This document shows positions 48,399-60,146 of a DNA stretch of 64,000 bases, in pieces. Made by a program: the position numbers and the translations under genes. The DNA is taken from the NCBI RefSeq assembly GCF_036321535.1, contig NC_087437.1, positions 112,098,001 to 112,162,000 of the forward strand, in the 5' to 3' direction. The DNA is from Camelus dromedarius. Its lineage: Eukaryota. Under the pieces are notes generated by a model. That model was given only the letters and a program-made list of their open reading frames with translations. It was not told the DNA's origin and did no database searches. The first letter of the stretch is position 1. Every line of letters begins with the position of its first letter.

Positions 48399-50029
48399 TC
48401 ACTCCCCATCACCCCATCCAAGAAAGGGGCCGTTTCAATGGAAGACATGTCATTCTCCGGAAAAGACCCAATTCAATCTCCACAACCGAGACACTTGTGC
48501 TGCTGCTGGGTGGGAAAATTTCATTACAGAAATTGAGACGCGACGAAAAACAGACCCAAAAGCTGGCTTGGCTTAAGCATTCCACCTGTTCCAACCCCTG
48601 TTGGTTTGCTTTTGTTTTTTAAAGAAAGAAACCCCGACCCATTCCTGTGCATGGCACTTCTGCACAGAGAATGCCTCACAAAATAAGATCACTTTGCAGC
48701 CAGACTCACCTGAGGGCTAACACACGAAGCGCAGTGATGAAAACACCACGTTTGGGACTAAAGGGAAGAGAGTTGAATTCCTGTGTGAACTTCACCAGCT
48801 CTGTCATCCTGGGCAAACCACTTAAACTGTTGGTGCACATTCTCATTTGTAAAAAGAGATAGCATTTTTTTTCCCCACTGGAATTATATTTGGAAAATGT
48901 ATGATACATATTACCGGGCAGATAGTAAGGGTTTATTTAATCACTGGTAGTTGTGACAGTAGTAATAACAGATAGTGGCAACATCACTTCTGTTACTCCT
49001 GGTTAATTTTAGTAGGAAGATAGTTTCCATGGTACCAGTCATCCACTTAAATGCACATTGACTCGATTCTTGATAATAGTGACATTTATTATTAACATTA
49101 TTTAACATAAACCCAAATAATTTGGCGAAGTTGGATTACCTACTGCACTACTAGTTGGCTTATCCTCTGCCCTATTTCTGAATAGAACTTTCTTCATGCA
49201 ACATGAAACTGGCCGTAATTTTATAAAAAATTATTCTTGTGACAGTCATGTTTTAAGAAGTAAGAAACCAAATGCACAACTGCCACATGTTAGGTGTAGG
49301 GTCACTGGTATTGGTTTGGTACCTTTAAATGATTCTATTTACTTTTGCTTTACTTCCAATTCCATCCCAAGATTCTAATTGCTCGCAATTAATTTTAGAG
49401 TAATCTTTGCACTTATGATGGGTTGATTTCTAGAAATGAAGTCATTTGGTTGAAATTATAAATGCTGATTTTTTTTTCTCATAGTTAAGAGGATCCACTC
49501 CAGACTCAGAGCCTCAGGTAAAATTCTTCATATTTATTAAATTAAATTAATTTATTAAATTAAATCTACCATATTTAACCAACTATACATTGAGTTCTGG
49601 ACCCTTTAGTAACAGGTATTAAATCAGTTTAGGAGGCTGTAAGTCTAATTTTGGTTATTATCTTCATGACTCCTCCAGACATTTTCAGTACAAATTTAAA
49701 GTGTTCCCAGAATCTCAAAGCTAATGGAAATTTCCATATGGAAAAGCTTTCAACTTTATATCTTTAGAAGAATGTAAAATATTCAGTATATATGCACAAA
49801 TCTCCACCTCTCTTTGGTTAGGGCTTTTTGGTTTTGTTCTGTTTTTTCATGCTTAAATATGGAAGCCATGGTGTAGGTGGCATTATTCCTATGAATCCTG
49901 GTTAACTTCAATAGGAAAACCGTTCCCAGGGTGACAGTCTACCATGCAAACAAACACTGACCCGGGATCACGGGACCCATAGGAAGTCAAGCTAAGGATA
50001 AATACAAACACAATTAAATTTATAATATA

Positions 50030-50300
50030 CCTTTGTGATGGGAGCGTAGCATCAAGTCTTCTCATATGCTGTGGGTGGTAACTTTTTTTGAGAATAACTT
50101 GACAGCCTCTACCAACATATAAAATGTTTACACCATCTTATCCAGAAATTCCATTTCTGGGACTATATCATACTGAGCTATTCCCTCAAGTGTATGATAA
50201 CATATGTACAAGGGGGTTGATTATGATAGTACTTGCAAAATTGAAAAATTGGAGCTAATGAAACGTCCATCCACAGGGGACTGATGGGGTAACTTACAGT
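50030..50300 (+). mobile_element. Decayed ancient LINE-1 ORF2 C-terminal relic
   Basis: TCTCATATGCTGTGGGTGG, CCAGAAATTCCATTTCTGGGA, AAAAATTGGAGCTAATGAAACGTCCATCCACAGGGGACTG. Confidence 0.55.
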
Positions 50301-50842
50301 GAACCCAGTGGAAAGGATGAAAGGGAGCCACCCACGTGGCACGCTCTGTATCTGCATCTACATTGACACCACCTACATCGATACATTAAATTATCTAAAA
50401 GAACGCACACCAAGCCATTCAGAAAATGAACGATCGTTTTTATCACATGCCCTTTTTAACCAAAACCACATAATCCTTTGTACTTTAAAAAGCAATGCAA
50501 GTTAAAAATGTTTCCCAGTAGCAGTTCACTGTCAAGCTGCCGACTCTCCTTGGCCTTGGGGACAGCAACTACACAAGGGGGAAGGGACAGGGAAGCTGGC
50601 CAGCAAAACTTCCTGGACGCCCACTAGGAGAGGGGTCAATGCCAAAAGCTGAGGGAGTTACAGCCAAAGAGGAAAAAAAATAAACAATCTCTTTCCCTAA
50701 GGGACTTACCGGGCATGATTCTGTGGCTAAAAAAATATAACATGAAGTATGATTTGATTTAACCCAGCTGGAGGGTTTTAATGGCGTGTAATTATTTATT
50801 ATTGATTCTGTGACAACAGCACAGGTCTGATAATGTAACACT

Positions 50843-51012
50843 CAGGAGTCCAGGCTCTCGGGTCAGAGTACGGTCAGCTGTCCTGCTTACTAGCTGTGAG
50901 ACTTTGGTAAGCTACTTAGCATCTCTGGGCCTCAGTTTTCTCCCCTGTACAATGGGGGTAATTGTATTATCTACCTCACAAGGTTAATGTAAAGTACTTA
51001 ATGCAAAGCCTA
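50843..51012 (+). mobile_element. MIR SINE
   Basis: CTTACTAGCTGTGAGACTTTGGTAAGCTACTTAGCATCTCTGGGCCTCAGTTTTCTCCCCTGTACAATGGGG...TACCTCACAAGG. Confidence 0.8.
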
Positions 51013-52394
51013 GTATCTACCGTGTACCAGGCATATACCCTTAATTCAAGATTCATAAATCTAGCTATTATTAGTTTTGCTGCTATTATTATTTATTACT
51101 ATTATTATTACAACTAATTTGGTTATCCATTCACTGCCCTTCACACAGAAAGACAGTGTGACACAGTCCACATTTCTGAGGATGCTCTGGCCACCATTAG
51201 TTAGGCATGAGCTTTGAGTTACTCCACCAACGAAGGAACTGGTACTGAACCAGCCGCACACGTTGCCCACATCTCTGATCCACATTTTCAAGGCAGCAGA
51301 CTGGGGTGGGGGTCTGTGAAACAGAGGCAGGCTCACTTATGAATTCTGGCACAGAAACAGGCAGCTGTTTAACTAACCAAGATGTCATTTGCCCTACAGA
51401 AAAAAGAAGGCCTCCTCTGCCCACAGCCAGGCTGCCAGGTGACCCTGACCTACAGGATGGTGTCTCCTGCAAAAGATATGGGTTTTCCAGCTCAGGAGCC
51501 TTTTTGTGGCAAAGCTGAAGCTGGTCTTAGTGATCAGACACTCTTGTTACCCCTGCCTCGCCCTACCAGGTGTGAACCCTAAGATGAATGTCAGGGAGTC
51601 CAAATCTACCTGCTTTGCCTGAGGATGGAATGAGGCAGGAAAGCATCAGGAATAGAAACTCACTTGAGTGACCCTGGGGGAGAAGAGGCTCAGGGTCTGG
51701 AGACACTGAGACACAGACACAGAGGGCTGGGGGTCCCAGGCAGCCAGCCTGCCTTCCTCTCATGGTGTTTCTGCATCTTTCTGGGAACGCACCCCATACT
51801 CCTGCCTTCTTACACATGACCTTCACTGGCCACGGAGCCCTGAACCCCAAACCTCACATGCCCTTTTTGCTGCTTTACCTGACTTCACTTGGCTAATTCA
51901 TGCTTTCAATTCCAAACCCCAAGAGAGCAATTAGAGGGTCCCACTCATCTTTTGCAACCTAGAAAAACTAGTCAGAAATTTTGGGCTCAGGTCAGGTGGT
52001 GTAGACAACGATCACTTAAGCCTATTAGGGGGTTATTCAGTGGACAGGCAATGACTGACAGCTCCTGTAACCAATAAGACCTAAAGAAGAGACTCTTCTC
52101 CCTTCTCATTGGTCAGCACAGTGTCTCAAGACCCTGAGCTGACTAGAAGCTGTTCTAGTATTAAGAAGTGCAGGGGCCCAGGGGGCAGGTGTAAACCTTG
52201 GTTATCTTTTCTGTAATTAAAATACAATTCTGTTTTTCTGCAATCTAGAATATACAGGACATTTTTTCCATAGCTATTTTCTTATCAGATGTAACCCATA
52301 GCAAGGACGACCCAACAGGTTATTTTTGCGAGATTCTCTGGTTTTTACTGCTCATACCAATGCTTTATGTACGAATAGTTCTTTACCTTTTACA

Positions 52395-52560
52395 AACGGC
52401 TTTCACATCTGTTAATGTGTATGGCTAATGTCCAAGGTGAGGCACAGCCTATTATCTCCATTCTATAGACAAGGAGACTACAGCTCAGAAAGGTTGAGTA
52501 ATTAGCCCAAAGTCAAACAGCAAGAAAGTGAGACTAGGATTAGAACCTACGTTTTCAGGC
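52395..52560 (-). mobile_element. MIR SINE
   Basis: TATTATCTCCATTCTATAGACAAGGAGACTACAGCTCAGAAAGGTTGAGTAATTAGCCCAAAGTCAAACAGC. Fainter MIR pieces also appear near 130-240, 2570-2670, 4510-4640, 5900-5990, 9610-9690, 18350-18500, 19620-19760, 21270-21370, 48750-48860, 60865-60990, 61100-61250 and 63470-63640. Confidence 0.75.
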
Positions 52561-55500
52561 CCCGAGATTAGCCTTCCTTACATGTTTTTGAACATTTTGT
52601 GGGATATTCAGAAGTATATATTTTTTTTGAATGAACTAGATCTCTCTTTTTCCCTCTCTCTGTTTTCCATTTTGGAAATCTTTCTACCTTAAGGATCATG
52701 ATAAAGTAAAAAAAAAAAAAAAAAGTAAAATTGCTTAACAAATAGGAAAAATTGAGAAAAGATATATGAATCCACCAATGAAACAAAAATCCGCTAGATG
52801 GGTCTGTCAGGGAGTGAGAAATGTCCCACATAAATTCTCTCTGTTGAGGGGACACCAGGTCATGGCAGTGGAGGGGGTCACATGTCTCAATCACATGCAG
52901 AGTTCAGCGCCCCGGGAGCCCTGTCCCTGCCTCCGCCCCCGCCTGTGTGCAGTGGAGAGGGCTGTGGGGCTCCCTTCCCCGCCGTGTCCCCATTTCCTAG
53001 GGGAAGACATCTGCTCCTCTGTGGCCTCTGAGCAGAAGTGGGTGACCCAAGTGACAGGTGGCCAAACTCCTCCTTGGCTAGCAAAAAACAGCTAAAACAT
53101 CCTGCACGTGGCGACCTCAGTGGGAGTTGCACCCACATTCTTGCTTTCAGCCACATTTTCATGGCTCTGAAACTCATCACTGGGTGACAGTTTGCCAAAG
53201 AAAGAGCAAAGTGGGGCCAGCCTTGCCATGTAAACAAACACGTGTGTCTAGGCACGCTTTTCTGAAACACGGTAAAAGGGAAAGGGATTTTCTTATTCTG
53301 GAAAACCCTGAAACCATTCAAGGCAAATGACTTGCTCAAGAGCAAGCAGCTAACTGCTGACAGGGGCCAGGCCAAACAGAACCTCTAGATGCTTGGAGCA
53401 AAGCCCAGAGCCTTGATGAAGCCAATGCCAAATGATTCACTCACCCCAAATGATGCTGGCCGTTGGCCAATGATACAAGAGCCCAGATGCAGAAACTGTC
53501 AGCGGGTCCTCCACTCACCTTTCCAAGACTGGTCGCTAGCACTCAAGAGTCCTTTTTGGAACTCCTTCTGAAGCATGGACCTCACAGGGAAACACCCACA
53601 GAGTGAGTAAACAAATGAACACCAACCAAAAAATAATGAAATCAAGGCACGGTGTCAGGGCTGGGGGTGGGAGGAAGGGGCTTAAAGATGTGTGGGTCAG
53701 AATTCATCCCAAACCCCTGTGTGTTGAGTCAGAAGACTTTTATACTGTCCTACACTCCTTAGGGAAGGATGTGGGAGAACGATGAGTGAGCCATGTTGGC
53801 AAAGAAATTGCCAAGGAGGGGAGCAAGGACGACAGGATAAACCTCTTTCGCAGCGTCTGGAATTCTGGAAGGTGCTCCTGCCTGGGACAGTGATCTCTGG
53901 TTATGAAAAGAGCGTGACAGTCCCTGCTGAAAACAGTCACTGGGATGGCATGATTTTCTGCAGAAACACAGCAGAGAGGCAGAATACCCCTTCCTTCCTC
54001 GGAGCATGCAGGGTCTCCCATCTTGAATAGCTATCTGTTTGAGGCAGGCTTTCTACATATAAAAATGTCAGGTGTCAGGGGCAGGGAGGGGCAGGAGTGG
54101 GACACCCAGTGCCTGACCTCGCGCACGGCAGGCCCTGGCAACCCCAGCAGGCCCGAGAGTACTCTCCTTACCTGACTTGCTTTAGCGAGGGCGGGACAGT
54201 GCCTCCTTGTGTTGGTGGCAAAGTGTCTGTGGTCCAGAACCACGGAAGCCTGTGCCACAGGCCTCGAAGCCACCCAGCCATCTGGTCCTGTGAGCCTGCT
54301 TCACCCTGTTCCCAGAGACCAGTGCCATGCAGGCCACCAGGGGCTCCCCCGACATTAGCAAATAAGAAAGTCGAAACTGGGGCAAATTTTTGTCTACTTT
54401 CCAGATTCACATTCCACATAGAAACGTAATGCATAAACAGTTCGACTAGTCACAGAGTAACGGCAGAGTTTGCAAACATTCTTTCCTGGTGCACCTCAAC
54501 GCGACCCAGTGTTGGGGCAGAGAGCAAGTTGAGTCTTAGGCAGTCAGTCTGTCTTCTGAGACCAAATCTGGAGGCAGCCATGTTCAGGGGGAGCACCCAA
54601 GGGCTAAGCTTGAAGTCTGGAAGAAGGGGACCCAGGCGATGCCTCTCTGGGAACCCCCCTTTAATAAATCTGATGTTTTCTCCATGAACAGGTAAGTTCA
54701 GGTTGCCCAGAATCTGACTTCAGGGTGAGGGAAGCAGAAACCCTGGCTTCTATATAAGATGAATGAGTATTTAAAGCCACTTCCTCAATACTTTGCCCCC
54801 TGGGGATGTGTAACCCAAGTCTGACATGGCTTCGTTTTCACTTTCAGTGGAAGCACATGGTACCACCTGATCCAGCCTCAAGGTCGCTCTGTCCTTCCAT
54901 TCCTGGTTCTGTGCCTGAGAGGAGACTGGACTGCATACCCCAAGCCCCTATGATCCCCTTCGAGTCTCCCTGCTGCCCCACACCCACCCCATCTGGAAAT
55001 TACCCAGTCCTTATGGACTTCTCTTTTTATTCATTCACAAAGAATGTAAGATTCCATTTTTTCAAGAACTGAATAGAAGCCCCCTCGTCACCATATCAGG
55101 GCGGCTGTTCCACGCCAACTCAGTAATTGCCCTGTTTCTAGTGCCTTTCTTCCCGCCACCAAAACCAACTTAAGCTGATTATCGCCATCTCAAACAACCT
55201 CGCTGGGCTGTAGATATATCCATTTAATATGGCCAAGACAAGCAGCCAACTGCTGTTTTCAAAAGACGATCTGACAGATTCTATTCACTTTCAAAGTAGC
55301 TCTCCAGGGCTGGAATAATTATCTTTCATTTCCCTCATTCTGACACCTTTCAATGATTTGTTGACATCTGAAGAGTTATGGGCAATCTTAGAAGAGGCAG
55401 CTGGACTTCCCACCCCCAAAGACACAAATACAGAAAGGATTCCCATACAGCATCTGAAATAACTCTGTGCTTTGCAAATGGATATCCGAATCTGCATGTT

Positions 55501-58249
55501 AATAGGGGCACTTTTATCTTCAAATATGACCTCAAAAAGAAAAAGGGGGACAGTTCTCATTTAACTGGTTCGCTGCCAGCTCTAAAGAAAACGCACCTTT
55601 CCTTCAAAACCTGGGTTGCCTCCTTTGATCGATGAAAACAAACAAACAAACAAAAAGCCAATATCCTGAGTTTTCAAACATCTGATGTTTGGTGCAGTCT
55701 CTGCTGAGGGAGACCAGCAGGAGAAACCCAAGGGAATGGCAAGACGCCTCGACTGTTTTATCTGCTGCCAACGGGGTTTTAAGTGAGCATCACTGGGATA
55801 ATGACTATTAATAATTTGCACTTCTATAGCCCTTTCTTGAGGGCGTCTCTAAGTGCCTTCCCAACGCACACAAGTCTCAGGCTGCAGGAAGGAGCTGGCC
55901 ACAGGGATGAGCCTCCTGCCTTGGGTCACAGCTCCAGGTCCTGTCTCAGCACAAGGAGCACAATGTGTTTTAAACCCGGACTAAATGGAGCCAGGGGAGT
56001 CTTTAAAAGGTTGTTATATATCATCCACTTATATGAATAGGTCCCGTCACAAGCAGGGTAGATATGCAATGCCAGAGTCCTTGGATTCTCTTCTCTCTCT
56101 TCTTGGCTTTCTCCCTCCCACAGTTGGAAAACTTTGGTGGCAATTCTAGTAGTCTGTCAAGCTGAGTGCTTGATAGATTCCAGCAGAGGGGACTAGTGCA
56201 GTGAGTGCATAAAGGGCAGGATTCGCCTGCCACAGTTCTCCAGGATAAATACACAAAAAGCAGCAGAAAACGGAAAAGGAACAAGCAGGCTGAAGTTTTC
56301 AGCCCAGAGCAGTCAGAGCAAGCCCGTCTGGAGCCCTCCACCCTGTTTGGATTACAGAGGTGGCTGGACCAGGGGAGGGGCGGCCAGGGAGGACTTGGCA
56401 AGGAAACCGGCCCGTGGGGATTGTTTTGTGTTCAGAGGATGCACAGCAGTGAGACTGCTGAATTTGAAGTCTCTTATTTGAGTCTTTCTGCTCCCATCAG
56501 ATCGCCCCCCTCCCCAAAGAGGGAAGCCTCCAAGGACCCGAGAATACAAACATCAGCTGGTCACTTCTCTTCCCCCGCTTCCAGCCACAGTCTCTCAATC
56601 AACAGCGCCCCTTACTGGCCAGTGGGCTGTAAACCCACACAGCTCTGGGGTTCCTCCCCAAATCGGCAACTTGGAACATATTTGTTTCAACTCTGTTAAT
56701 AGAATTTTGAGCACTAGGGGAAGAGCAGCTCTCAAAATCTGAGTTCAAGGCTCCTGACTACCTTTCTGTCTTGAACTCCGGTCTCTGCAAAGGCGGGTTT
56801 ATCTGCAGGAGTCGTATCATCACGGGAGCTGCTTCTCCCAGGAGATCAAGAACCACAAACACACTGTGTGTGATCATAGCAGATCCAAGCGTCAAGAAGC
56901 TTTCATCAATATCAAACATCGTGGCGGGAGAATTCATGTTCCCTGCAAGCAGGATGGGTTTGAATTCTGAGTGGTTGAAGTCAGAGGGCAGTCATTAAAA
57001 ACCAAAGAGGGCCTGGCACCTTGCTGAAGTTCTCCAAGGAAACCCTCCCGATTAAAGTGCACAAGGTTCATTAGCAAAACGTAGAGGGTCAGCTGATCAC
57101 CAGAGAGACACGGAGGCTGGAGGCGGTGGCAACTGAGCAGGCAGGGAAAGCCGGCCTGGGTTATTCTGGGTGAGGGGTTTGGCGCCCAGGGAGTCAGAGA
57201 GATGGAGGGAGTTTATTTTGGTTGACGAACTTTATTTTGCTTTCTTGCTTGCGAGGATTCGATTCCCCTGGGTAATTTAAAGTTTGTAAAGAACCCTGAA
57301 ATTCCTTAGAGGGAAAGCACCGTCGCAAATAAAATAAAGAGGTAACAGTGCTCGTGTTGGTGGAGAAGAGTGTCCAATGCCGTGCCTTCGGGCTCTCAGG
57401 TTTTTCGCTAACAGGGTTAGGTACGATTTTTACGCATCTTAGGGAAGCTGCTTCTCACGTTTGCGGGGATTGTTGTGTGTTTGGCAAACATTTATTATCC
57501 TGGGCACTGAGCTATGATTTTCCATCTGTTAATTCATTTAATTCTCACAAACAATTGAATGTATTAATTAATTTATTCTGAATGCACATGTGCTTAATCA
57601 AAATAATTTTATCATGCCCACCAGCCTCCTTAGGACAATGGGGGTTAGTCTAGCTGAATGCTCTGAGTCAGGCTTCTTAATCCCTCCCAAGGCCATTGTC
57701 AATATATTGAACCCTATTCAGGCATCAGCAGAGACTTCCCACGCCTGCTCTGTCAAGTCTGATTTCCTCCGCCTTCCCCACCAAACCTTTTATAACACTC
57801 CCCTTCTGCCCCCTCTTCTTCTAGCTTCTTCCCTACATCTCCAAGCAAATTTATAACCTCAGGAGTGGGTCCAGTGTCCCAGATGGGAGGGGGGGAGTGA
57901 GAGTCCATAATGTAAGTCTTGCCATCACCTCGTAAAACACATTGTGCCCCACAGAACATGCACACTATCTTTTATTTCAGCCATGGGTGTTATTTCCTAA
58001 CACATAGAGAGTCCGCAGGCACCTGGGGGCGGGGGGCGGCCTCCCCTACAGGCAGGGACACAGTGTTTGTTCTGGACTCTTGGGCATCACTGTGCAATCA
58101 TCCACTTGAGAAAACTGCACTCCCTGTTGTGAAAATGTGTTTGATGCTGGGAAATAAAGCAAAGGATGTTCCTTCAAAGCCAGGCTGGAGCCTGAACAGG
58201 CCCACTCAGGGTTATCACATTCTTGGGGGTAGTGCCTTGGTTGATCCAC

Positions 58250-58719
58250 TTTTTAAAGTATGGCTGATTTACAATGTTGTATTCGTTTCTAGTGTACAGC
58301 ACAGGGACTCAGTCATACATACATATGTATACACACACTCTTTTTTTTATTATAGGTTATCTAAAGGTATTGAATAGAGTTCCCTGTGCTATACTGTAAG
58401 ATCTTGTCGTTTACCTATTCTGTATATAGTAGCTTATACCTGCTAATCCCAAATTCCTAAATTATCCCTTCCCTCCTTTCCCTTTGGTAACCGTAAGTTT
58501 GTTTTCTATGTCTGTGAGTCTGTTTCTGCTTTGTAAATAAATTCATTTGTATCATTTTTTTAGATTCATGTAAGTGATATCATATGGTATATGTCTTTCT
58601 GTCTGACTTACTTCACTCAGTATAATATCTCTAGGTCCGTGTTGTTGCAAATGGCATTATTTAATTCTTTTTATGGCTGAGTAGTATTCCATTGTCTATA
58701 TATACCACAACTTCTTTAT
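58250..58719 (-). mobile_element. LINE-1 3' end (artiodactyl-type)
   Basis: GATTTACAATGTTGT..., TATTGAATAGAGTTCCCTGTGCTATAC, TTTGGTAACCGTAAGTTTGTTTTCTATGTCTGTGAGTCTG, TTTTTATGGCTGAGTAGTATTCCATTG. Confidence 0.88.
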
Positions 58720-58974
58720 GTTTGATCCATTATTTACTATTAAGTAGGGCCCAGATTCTGATGTCACATGTTACCTTGTAGATTTTTTTAAAAATATCTT
58801 TCCTTTAATTTTTAAAGAATTTCAGAAGTATAGAAAAATTGCAAGAATAGTACAAAGAATTTTCTTTCCTGACTTATTTGAGAGTAAGTTGTCGACGTGC
58901 ACACCTGAAACTAACATTGTAAATAAACCACACTCAATAAAAAAATTTTTAAAAGAAAGTTTATTATCAAACAT

Positions 58975-59646
58975 CAACAACAACAACAAAAACAGAAAAT
59001 ACAAGGGTCAGTGAGGGTGTAGAGAAAAAAAGAAAAATAGTCCGTGGTTTTTCAAAAAATTAAAAATGAAATCACCATATGATCTAGCAATTTCACTTCT
59101 GTGTATATATTGAAAATCATTGAAAGCAGAAATTCAAAGAGATATTTGTACAACCATGATCATAATGGCATTATTCACAGTAACCGAAAGGCGGAAGTAA
59201 TTCGCGTGTCCTTCAACAGGTGAATGGATAAGCAAAATGTGATCTAACCGTATGATGGAATATTATTCAGCCATAAAAAGGAAGAAAATTCTGACACATG
59301 CTACACTATGTGAACCTTGAGGAAATTATGCTAAATGTAATAAGCCAGGCACAAAAGGACCAATATTGTGTGATTCCACTTATACAAGACACATAAAATA
59401 GTCAAATCCATAGAGACAGAAAGTAGAATGGTGGTTGCCAGGGGCTGTGGGGAAAGGAGAATGGGGATTTGTTGTTCGATGGGTGTGGAATTTCTATTTT
59501 ACAAGACAAAAAGAGCCCTGTGGGTGGATGGTGGTGATGGTTGCACAAAAATGTAGATGTACTTAATGCCAATAAACTATACCCTTAAAAACAGTCAAGA
59601 TGGTAAACGTTATGTGTATTTTACTACAATTTTAAAAAACAAAAAA
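58975..59646 (+). mobile_element. LINE-1 end of ORF2 and 3' UTR (L1MB-like)
   Basis: CCATATGATCTAGCAATTTCACTTCTG, GGAATATTATTCAGCCATAAAAAGGAAG, TAGAATGGTGGTTGCCAGGGGCTG. Homologous to the copies at 11080 and 27018. Confidence 0.88.
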
Positions 59647-59662
59647 CTTGTCTTTTCACCTG

Positions 59663-60146
59663 TGTGAATGAAAAATACTGCAAACCATATCAGTGAACAA
59701 AGAATGCTGAAGCCTTCAAGTCATCAGCGGCTGCCACCAGCCCCCAGGGAAGACAAGCCTGCAGTCCAGCCTCTGCAACCACTCACAATGGTGCACCCTG
59801 AGGGGACTCAGAATGAGAAAAGACAGGATACTGGCCCTAGAGAGCTAGGTGCTTGTCAAAGGAATGAATTCAATGAGCCCAAATGTTTGCTCCCTCCCAT
59901 ACCTAGAAAAGTGCTGAACTCTTTAACTTGAGATGCCTGGTTTTCTTTAGTTAACAAGCAATCTTTTAATGTTCCAACTACCTGGTCTTTGTTGTAAAGC
60001 TCCTATATATCCTAGCTCCTCCCCTACCTGTTTGGAGCAGTCCCTCAGAGCGATCTCAGAGGCTGTCATCCCAGCTCGAGTCCTCGGATTTGTCCACCAA
60101 ACAAATAACTCTCAATTTTTAGGTTGTGCATTTATTTCAGTCGACG
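59663..60146 (+). mobile_element. Solo LTR, ERV1-like (artiodactyl type)
   Basis: Starts TGTGAATG, ends TTTCAGTCGACG, perfect 4-bp target duplication CCTG (59659-59662 and 60147-60150), internal TATATA. Shares CTAGAAAAG and CAGT(T/C)CCTCAGAGC with the LTR at 22864. Confidence 0.8.

Noticed and set aside
49532..49565. Short AT-rich direct repeat ATTTATTAAATTAAAT x2 (and TCTGAATGA repeats near 35571-35605)
   Set aside because: Low-complexity slippage products with no sign of function.
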